NCBI GenBank assembly: GCA_963675785.1
Contig: OY776562.1
Location: 2,016,001 to 2,080,000, forward strand
Source: Anaerolineae bacterium
Lineage (GTDB): Bacteria > Chloroflexota > Anaerolineae > UBA1429
Reading direction: 5' to 3'
Length of the DNA stretch: 64,000 bases
The notes below the pieces were generated by a model. That model ran no database searches and was not told where the DNA came from. It was given only the letters and a program-made list of their open reading frames with translations. A program made the translations under genes and the position numbers. Below, piece after piece: positions 57,258-64,000 of this stretch. Position 1 is the stretch's first letter, and each line of letters begins with the position of its first letter.

Positions 57258-58295
57258 ATGGCAACGCTTCTTGATGAAATCATGGAACAGCCGGACGTTC
57301 TGCAAGGCCTGTTGGATCACGAATGGCCGCGCATCAAGCAAGTTGCAGAACGCATCAAAGCTGCCAATCCTAAATACATGGTGATTGCCGCACGAGGCAC
57401 ATCGGATAATGCCGCGACCTATGCCAAGTATCTGTTCGGCGCGGTGAATGGCCTGCCAGTATCGTTGGCTACCCCTTCGCTGTTCACGCTGTACAATCAG
57501 CCACCGCGCATGGATGGCGCCGTGGTATTGGCCGTATCACAGGCCGGCATGTCGCCCGATATCGTTTCGGTGATCCAAGAAGGCAACAAGCAGGGTTTGC
57601 TGACCATTGCTATCACCAACAACACCGATTCCGACCTGGCCTTGGCCGCCAATGAGGTGCTCGATATTCGCGCTAACCAAGAGACCTCTATAGCAGCCAC
57701 CAAATCCTATACGGCTTCTCTCATGGTTTTGGCGTTACTCTCGGTAGCTCTCTCAGGCAGCCAGAAGGATTTCGAGACGTTGGCCACTGTACCCAACCTT
57801 GTGGCCGAGGTGCTCTCCAGCTGCGGCACTCTGGAGCAGCGCACCGAGCGCTACCGCTATATGGAACAGTGCGTCGTGGTGGGTCGCGGCTATAACTATG
57901 CCACCACCCTGGAGATGGCCCTCAAGCTCAAGGAGCTGAACTATATCGGCACTACGCCCTACTCTTCTGCCGATTTCCGCCACGGCCCCATTGCCGTTGT
58001 GGAAGAGGGCTTTCCTTCGATTCTGATTGCGCCTCATGGCAAGGTATTCGCTGATATGGCCAACCTGGCAGATGAGCTTATCGCGCGACGCGGTGAGTTG
58101 CTGGTTCTCAGCAACGACGCCGCCCTGCTAAAACGCGCTGATCTAGCTATCGAACTGCCTGCGGCTATGCCCGAATGGATATCCCCCATTGTAAGTATTG
58201 TGCCCGGCCAGCTCTTTGCTCGACACCTGGCCAAAGCACGCAAGCTAGATACCGCCCAACCGCGAGGGCTAAAAAAAGTAACCAAAACCACCTGA
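57258..58295 (+). CDS. double-SIS-domain protein (isomerising glucosamine-6-phosphate deaminase, NagB-II-like)
   Basis: EIMEQP, ARGTSDNAA, SQAG, AATKS, EMALKLKE, HGP, PRGLKKVT; no glutaminase domain. Confidence 0.85.
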   Translation: MATLLDEIMEQPDVLQGLLDHEWPRIKQVAERIKAANPKYMVIAARGTSDNAATYAKYLFGAVNGLPVSLATPSLFTLYNQPPRMDGAVVLAVSQAGMSPDIVSVIQEGNKQGLLTIAITNNTDSDLALAANEVLDIRANQETSIAATKSYTASLMVLALLSVALSGSQKDFETLATVPNLVAEVLSSCGTLEQRTERYRYMEQCVVVGRGYNYATTLEMALKLKELNYIGTTPYSSADFRHGPIAVVEEGFPSILIAPHGKVFADMANLADELIARRGELLVLSNDAALLKRADLAIELPAAMPEWISPIVSIVPGQLFARHLAKARKLDTAQPRGLKKVTKTT

Positions 58296-58383
58296 TTCTC
58301 GACGAACCCAAGCCTTGAACATGATGACAATACCCTTTACAATAGAGACGTTATTACGCCCACACTGAACAGGGGAGAAGATC

Positions 58384-58713
58384 ATGGTAGAAAAGAAATT
58401 CAGGGTACTACGGTTCGTCGGTTCACTTGCCAAGATCGTGGCTTGGATCGCGCTGGTTGGCGGAGCCATCGGCGGTGTCGTCGTGCTCATCGCAGCAATC
58501 GCCGGGGGATCTAGCTACAGCAATTATTATGGTAGCAGCAACGCCTTAGGCGGCGCACTAGCTGGTGGTGTCGCTGGCGCACTCTCCGGGTTGGGCATAT
58601 TCCTCGGCTCACTTGTCACCTTTGTAGCGCTCTATGGCGCTGGTGAGATGATCTTTTTGCAGCTGGCCATTGAGGAAAACACCCGTGCCGTTGCCACCGC
58701 GATGAAGGATTAG
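58384..58713 (+). CDS. hypothetical Gly-rich two-TM membrane protein
   Basis: Two hydrophobic segments, C-terminal IEENTR; RBS GGGGAG. Confidence 0.65.
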   Translation: MVEKKFRVLRFVGSLAKIVAWIALVGGAIGGVVVLIAAIAGGSSYSNYYGSSNALGGALAGGVAGALSGLGIFLGSLVTFVALYGAGEMIFLQLAIEENTRAVATAMKD

Positions 58714-58750
58714 CTCACCCCGAATCATTGCCAAACACCATGAGTAGAGC

Positions 58751-58787
58751 AAGAGCCCCGGAGGGCAAGCATCTTCCGGGGCTCTTT
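58751..58787. terminator. bidirectional terminator
   Basis: AAGAGCCCCGGAGG...TCTTCCGGGGCTCTTT. Confidence 0.8.
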
Positions 58788-58806
58788 CATGTGCGTCAAT
58801 CTCATC

Positions 58807-59670
58807 TTAACAAAACCACACAGCCTCATCCCAAGCAGCGCAAAAAGCAGCAATGGATGGATAACGTTCTACCCTGTTAGCGCTGGTTGCTTGGCTTGCC
58901 ACCTCGAATAACGCTCTAGGGGCGTGCCATTCGGCCAATGTGCGCTCACGATTGTTCCCCAAAAACTCGAAAGCTAAGGCTCCCATGGTGAAAACGTTGG
59001 TCACCTCATCGATCTGTGCGCCAAGCACATACTCCTCGGGTGACATGAACCGGGATGATCCCCACAGTCTGCCCATCTCATTCGCATAAGGAGCTTTTTT
59101 GTATAGATCAATGTCGCAGATTGTCGTATGGCCCGTCGCAAAGTCGTACATGACACTGCCATCGTAGAAATCGATGGCGACATAGCCAGCTTTGGTAACG
59201 CGTTGGTGCAAAGAATAAATGGAAGCCAGACATTCTAATTTGGCTTCCAAAGGAAGAGCGGCAAAGCGGACATTGGGGGATTGGGGATGTGTGTATTTGG
59301 GATAGTGTTGAAAATTCCAGTGGGCATGGAGGCAATCTCCATCAACCCACTCAAAAATAGCTGCATACCCACCCGGTAGAGCGAAATGGTCGAGCAGTTT
59401 GATCAGGTTTGGATGCTGAATCGCCTCATAGATAGAGATCGCTTGCTGTAGCCTATAAATGGCATCGCCTGGGCCGCAGTCATAATACAACGTGGGCGCG
59501 CCAGCGTATTTGATGAAACGCCGTGTTGTCCCGTCATCGACGCCAAAGCAGATATTGCCCGAATCCTGCTGATCGAACACAGCAAAAACCCGGCCGTATT
59601 CATGCAGCCAGGACAAGTCATGTTCTGCTCGCAAGCCAAACTGAACGCCGTCCAGCACCTGAACAACCAC
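58807..59670 (-). CDS. protein-kinase-like (Ser/Thr kinase fold) protein
   Basis: FIKYAG, HPNLIKL, DFYDGS, ICDID, GSSRFMSPEE, NVFTMG. Confidence 0.72.
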   Translation of the reverse strand: MVVQVLDGVQFGLRAEHDLSWLHEYGRVFAVFDQQDSGNICFGVDDGTTRRFIKYAGAPTLYYDCGPGDAIYRLQQAISIYEAIQHPNLIKLLDHFALPGGYAAIFEWVDGDCLHAHWNFQHYPKYTHPQSPNVRFAALPLEAKLECLASIYSLHQRVTKAGYVAIDFYDGSVMYDFATGHTTICDIDLYKKAPYANEMGRLWGSSRFMSPEEYVLGAQIDEVTNVFTMGALAFEFLGNNRERTLAEWHAPRALFEVASQATSANRVERYPSIAAFCAAWDEAVWFC

Positions 59671-59779
59671 TCACGCATCCTTACGCTCTGACGTACAGCC
59701 GATCTCACCTCAGAGCAAAAGAAAAGGGCAAGTGGCCAACCACCTGCCCAACGCTCACCAATCGCAATACATCCGGTAT

Positions 59780-60379
59780 TTAGGCGTGGCCACCGCAGCG
59801 CGGTTTGCAGATTACCTCAAGCACGCGCAAATCAAACAAATCCTGCGCGTTGGCCGGTAATAGAAGGAGCGCCGTATCAGCGCCATGCCCTGTGCCGCCA
59901 ATAGCGATGATCGGCTCCCCAGTAGGAATCAGGCCAGCATCCGCTGCCATCAGGCTGATCTCACAACTCACCTTGGTGCCCTCGCAAAACGTGCGCAGGG
60001 TAAAGGCAACGATCTCATCCACTTCATAGGTGCCAAGTTTACGGCGCACAGCCCTGCCAATACCGCCAAAGGCGTGGGTAGTCGTTAACAAGTGCGCCGA
60101 CGAAGCCTGTATTTTCGCTATGGTCTCAGCGTCCATCTCTTGGTCGTTCGGAGCGTGAAACCCACTGGAATGGCTCACCACCACCAAATCATAGTCTGCA
60201 AATACCTCGAGTGCTTTGAGCGCCGTCGCCCCTGAGGTAGATGCCACCACAATGTGGCGAATGCCAAGCTCCTCAGCCCGTTCCCTAGCAAATTGGAACG
60301 TCAACTCGGTGTTTTCTACACCTGGCGTATCAAAGTAGGTACAAATAGCCTGTCGATAACCGTGATGCTCAGCATTCAT
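59780..60379 (-). CDS. pyruvate kinase alpha/beta (PK_C)-domain protein
   Basis: YFDTPGVENT, VVASTSG, GTKV..MAADAG, GGTGHGADTA, EVICKP. Confidence 0.8.
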   Translation of the reverse strand: MNAEHHGYRQAICTYFDTPGVENTELTFQFARERAEELGIRHIVVASTSGATALKALEVFADYDLVVVSHSSGFHAPNDQEMDAETIAKIQASSAHLLTTTHAFGGIGRAVRRKLGTYEVDEIVAFTLRTFCEGTKVSCEISLMAADAGLIPTGEPIIAIGGTGHGADTALLLLPANAQDLFDLRVLEVICKPRCGGHA

Positions 60380-61202
60380 CTTTATCCGCCTTGTCTGTGC
60401 CCTCTTTAGCCCGGTATTGTTCAAGCTCCGTCTCCAGCCAGCCTTGGTGTGTGCGTAGCGTCTCGATCTTTTCTCCCGCAGCGTGGATATGGCGCTTGAC
60501 GCCGCGGCTGTCATCTTCGAGTTGGCGCAACAACTGCTTGACATAGGTTCGCCGGGAGACCAGGCTCTCGGGGCAACGGTCTCCGCCAATTGGGAAACCG
60601 CTGGCGCGAACAAACGGAGGAATGTTCTTTTCCTCAAGAAAAATCAAGGGGCGGATGATAGTAAGCTGACCATCAAAAAAACTCCCCCGCCCCTCCATGC
60701 CCTCAAAGCGCCCTGCGTAGAACAGATTCAGCAGTACAGTCTCTACATAGTCGTCGGCGTGGTGGCCAAAGGCGAGCTTGTTACAGCCTAGCTCATCTGC
60801 CAGAGCAAATAGCGCCTTACGCCTTTCCCAAGCACAACGAAAACATCGACTGCGGTCCATCTGCTCTAGTTCATCGGCTACTTTGATGGGGCGAGAGACA
60901 TAGGGCACACCCAGCTCGTGGCAATAAGCCTCGATCCAGGGTTCGGGGACAGCCAACCCGCAAGAATAGTCGCTTTGGACATGTGCGGCGATAAGCGTGT
61001 ATTTTTCAGCTGCGGTGCGCCGACGTCGATGAAGCAGGTCGAGCAGGGTGAGGCTATCCTTACCGCCAGATACAGCCACCAAAATCCGGTCGCGATCCTC
61101 GAGAACATGATAGCGTTTGACGGCCCGGGTTATGGTCTTGTTCAAGTAAAAGGCAAGCTTGTCGGCCTGCTCGGGATTGCGTGTATCGGTATAGTCAACC
61201 AT
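60369..61202 (-). CDS. ttcA: tRNA 2-thiocytidine biosynthesis TtcA-family PP-loop ATPase
   Basis: SGGKDS, CFRC, GHHADD, IIRPL, CP. Confidence 0.82.
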   Translation of the reverse strand: MVDYTDTRNPEQADKLAFYLNKTITRAVKRYHVLEDRDRILVAVSGGKDSLTLLDLLHRRRRTAAEKYTLIAAHVQSDYSCGLAVPEPWIEAYCHELGVPYVSRPIKVADELEQMDRSRCFRCAWERRKALFALADELGCNKLAFGHHADDYVETVLLNLFYAGRFEGMEGRGSFFDGQLTIIRPLIFLEEKNIPPFVRASGFPIGGDRCPESLVSRRTYVKQLLRQLEDDSRGVKRHIHAAGEKIETLRTHQGWLETELEQYRAKEGTDKADKDEC

Positions 61203-61204
61203 GC

Positions 61205-61843
61205 TCAGGCCTTACCCTGCTGTTCGGCCTCCAGCTCATTGAAAAAGGACACCATAAAGGCGTGTCGATGTTCAGCCAACTCTCGGCCGGTCTGCGTGTA
61301 GAATTTATCCTTGAGTTTGACCAGCTTGAAATGGAACTCGTGAACCGGTGTATGCACGCCGTTCTCATGATCGCCCAGGCCAGCCTTGCGTGGCCTGTTG
61401 GCATAGTCCTCATCCACAGGGGCCCAGAGTTTTTGCTGATGGACACCCGCCCAGGCATAGGCTCGGGCCACGCCAAAAGCACCAATCGAGTCCAGTTTGT
61501 CGGCATCAAACAATACCATGGCTTCAAGAGAGCTGGGTTGCGTGTTGGCTCGGTAGCGATGCTGTTCAATAACTTTTGCCACGGCATCCACATACTCGGG
61601 ATCGTTGCCCATCAGAATTTCTCGGGCCATGCGCGCCGAAATAACGGCATGGGATTCGCCCGTTTCCAGCTCTTCGGGACGACCAATATCATGCAGCAGA
61701 GCAGCAGAGCGAAGAATATCGAGATCAGCCCCCTCAGCAGCACCAATGCGCTCTACCAGATGGTAGACGCGCAGCACATGGTCAAAGTCGTGTGATGAAT
61801 CCCTCAAGGTATATAGAGGCCGCGCCTGTTCAATCGTAATCAC
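61205..61843 (-). CDS. HD-domain phosphohydrolase
   Basis: HDFDHVLRV, LLHDIG, H-R, DADKLDSIGAFG. Confidence 0.88.
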   Translation of the reverse strand: MITIEQARPLYTLRDSSHDFDHVLRVYHLVERIGAAEGADLDILRSAALLHDIGRPEELETGESHAVISARMAREILMGNDPEYVDAVAKVIEQHRYRANTQPSSLEAMVLFDADKLDSIGAFGVARAYAWAGVHQQKLWAPVDEDYANRPRKAGLGDHENGVHTPVHEFHFKLVKLKDKFYTQTGRELAEHRHAFMVSFFNELEAEQQGKA

Positions 61844-62520
61844 ATGCGCTCAATATCAGGTGTATAGCGAATCAAAAAGGCCGAGAGGCCGAACAGCACG
61901 GCGAGCTCGATAGCAATGGCTACGCCGTACTTCCACACAGCATCCATCCAGAATGGCTCTGGGTAGAGCTGAATGAGCGTGTCTTGGGCGTAGAACAGCC
62001 ACGTGCCCGACTGAAAGAACAGGCCGTGAAAAGCCTCGAAAAAGACATCAAAGTTGATGAGAGAAGCAGCAACAATACCAGCGATGATCACAGCCCCAAG
62101 CCAAATGCCCCCACGGATGGCACTGGCCAACTCGCGGCGCTCGGCACGATAAAGCAAATACAGCACTAGTACCAGCACAACGCCAGCCGCGATGACGGCT
62201 GCATCATAGAGCCCATCCATGACATAGCGCACATCCTGCATGTGTGAGATCTCGCGCTCATTGACTGCCGCCGTACCATCGGCCAGAGCGATATTGGCCA
62301 AATCATCCGCGGTGGCGCGACCCCGCAAAAAGTCGATCATGACATGCGATATGCTCAGTCGCTCCGAGTCGGTGAAACGAGCCGAAGACGGCATATCTGC
62401 AAGGCCATATTCGTGCCTGACAAACGCATCGGTAACGAACACATAGAGTGGTGCAAACAACACCATCACAGGTATGGCTACAACTAGTATAACCTGAATG
62501 ATGCGAGTCAGAGTCTTCAT
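61840..62520 (-). CDS. TIGR01906/DUF1461 membrane protein (Lit lipoprotein transacylase-like)
   Basis: NEREISHMQDV, FFEAFHGLFF..W, DTLIQLYPEPFW. Confidence 0.78.
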   Translation of the reverse strand: MKTLTRIIQVILVVAIPVMVLFAPLYVFVTDAFVRHEYGLADMPSSARFTDSERLSISHVMIDFLRGRATADDLANIALADGTAAVNEREISHMQDVRYVMDGLYDAAVIAAGVVLVLVLYLLYRAERRELASAIRGGIWLGAVIIAGIVAASLINFDVFFEAFHGLFFQSGTWLFYAQDTLIQLYPEPFWMDAVWKYGVAIAIELAVLFGLSAFLIRYTPDIERM

Positions 62521-62585
62521 GCCCAGGCCTTTCAAATTGGGAGACAACGCCCGTTCAGTATACGGTAGCTAGCCCATGGAGCAAA

Positions 62586-64000
62586 CTAGCTTTTACGAAC
62601 GGCCTCTTGCTTCTTGCGCTGGAAGAGCATTCTTACCAACACCATACGAAGCCGTGTATAAGCCTCTCGCGCAATCCTGGCCGTAAGGTTGGTAGGCGGA
62701 TCCTTTTCGTAGGCAGCCATCTCGTAGGCCTGCCCGATGGTATTCACATCGTTGGCAGATCCCTTGGCAAAGCGAGCCCTGCGCTCCAGCGCCGGACCAA
62801 GGCTGGCCACGAATTCACGCGGCGTCTCGCTAGACACAGGCCCAAAGCCGATCCAACGTGAGAGGCGAACCATCTTTCGATAGATAGATGTGACCTCAAC
62901 CTCTGGTGAGACAAAGCGAACTCTCTCATCCCCCTTGGGGCGCATAAGCAGGAACAGTCCTGTACCAAGAATGGGGATAATGAGCCACCACAACTGCGGC
63001 AGTGTGACATCCTGATCCGGTTCTATTGGCGTAGAAAGCGGCAGAGGCAATACTTCAATATCTTCTGTTTCTTCGGCTTCTTCCGAAGAGCGATCAAACA
63101 CATTTTGGGATGGCGTCGGCTCGAATTCTACCCAGCCAATCCCCGGAAAGTAAACTTCGGGCCAGGCGTGGGCATTGTAATCCATCACCAGCCAGGCACC
63201 ACGAAGAACATCAAACTGCCCCTGGTTATAGCCCGAGACATAGCGCGCAGCAACGCCCACTGCACGCAGCATAACAACCATAGCCGAGGCGGAATAGTCG
63301 CAAAAGCCTTCTTGAGTTTCAAAGAGGAAATAGTCTACCAGGTCCTCGCCATAAGGCACCGGCTCCACATCAAGATTGTACTGGTATTGACGCAGATAGG
63401 CTTCGATCGCTCGCGCCTTTTCATAGCGCGTCGTGGCACCCGCATGGTCGACAATTTCCTGTGCCCGTTCAATCACCCTTTCGGGCAGTTCTTCAGGGAG
63501 CTGCAGGTATTGCGCTGTAATCCAATCGGGGTAGTCTTCTTCGGCAGCTATCAGGTCTTCACGCGCGGGAGTAGCCACCAACGACGTCACCGTATAGCGT
63601 GTTGCCTCGATGCTATAGGCGGCCATATCACCTTCATCGCGGAGCAAAACCGTGTAGGGCTCATCCACACTCGCCATAGCATTCACGCCCAAACCATACT
63701 CACTGGAATACGCGAGAAGCGTATACGTTTGGGTCACAATCTCAGTGGGATAATCAATCTCAACCCAGGTATCATCTGCACCCCACAGCTCAGTGACTAC
63801 TTCGCTGGTATCCCAACCGCGCCCCGTATAGATGTCATAGGTGCGTTCGCGCCAATAGCGCTTGGGCAACTGCCCTATTACATAATCCTGCAGAGATTCT
63901 TCATAGGCCAATTCTTCTTCGTCCACATGGGGTATCGGATCGCTGGTGCGCACTAGAAGCATTCTGTCGTTCTGAAACACAGGGGCACTATAAACGCTGT
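62586..64000 (-). CDS. transglutaminase-like membrane protein with DUF4129-like C-terminus (5' end outside the window)
   Basis: YWR..YD, GFCDYSASAM, AHAWPEVY, WVEFEPTP, TM, ETPRE; frame open to the window edge. Confidence 0.85.
   Translation of the reverse strand, partial: SVYSAPVFQNDRMLLVRTSDPIPHVDEEELAYEESLQDYVIGQLPKRYWRERTYDIYTGRGWDTSEVVTELWGADDTWVEIDYPTEIVTQTYTLLAYSSEYGLGVNAMASVDEPYTVLLRDEGDMAAYSIEATRYTVTSLVATPAREDLIAAEEDYPDWITAQYLQLPEELPERVIERAQEIVDHAGATTRYEKARAIEAYLRQYQYNLDVEPVPYGEDLVDYFLFETQEGFCDYSASAMVVMLRAVGVAARYVSGYNQGQFDVLRGAWLVMDYNAHAWPEVYFPGIGWVEFEPTPSQNVFDRSSEEAEETEDIEVLPLPLSTPIEPDQDVTLPQLWWLIIPILGTGLFLLMRPKGDERVRFVSPEVEVTSIYRKMVRLSRWIGFGPVSSETPREFVASLGPALERRARFAKGSANDVNTIGQAYEMAAYEKDPPTNLTARIAREAYTRLRMVLVRMLFQRKKQEAVRKS

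Noticed and set aside
57258-58295. Truncated glmS with a glmS ribozyme
   Set aside because: It is a complete double-SIS protein with its own RBS; the upstream region holds only a terminator and promoter.

Overview
A 64-kb, gene-dense chromosomal window (GC in the mid-50s %) from an anaerobic heterotroph. Gene content points to Chloroflexota (Anaerolineae-like); this is inference. I see no rRNA, tRNA, CRISPR array, integrase or transposase. In order it holds: udk and a glycosylation cluster (three GT4 enzymes, an O-antigen-ligase/TPR protein, WecA-like, a membrane cyclophilin, DedA); mgtE, two NifX-family genes, dusB and kdgK-like; a flotillin/NfeD pair; a DUF362/sulfatase/two-GDPD block next to a LacI-led Thermotoga-type inositol pathway (iolM-iolG-iolN-iolO); tyrS and transporters including a BMP-type nucleoside ABC system; an Asp-less response regulator; several Gfo/Idh/MocA dehydrogenases; glycerate kinase, a GH36-like hydrolase, a GMPP/PMM fusion and a short rplY; a phasin-like gene coupled to a Get3/ArsA-Hsp20 ATPase; a LuxR-TM-Kelch regulator; nfnAB with a Rex box; and a ttcA/HD/Lit-like/transglutaminase operon. 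The best candidates for something undescribed are: (1) an unannotated 40-codon proline-rich leader ORF inside a stem-loop directly upstream of mgtE, where no M-box is visible; (2) the phasin-like/Get3 pair, possibly a lipid-inclusion protein-targeting module; (3) the phosphodiesterase/sulfatase extension of the inositol pathway, including a GDPD fused to an unknown N-terminal domain; (4) a triple 20-bp palindromic array upstream of kdgK. All calls come from reading motifs by eye; no database searches were run.
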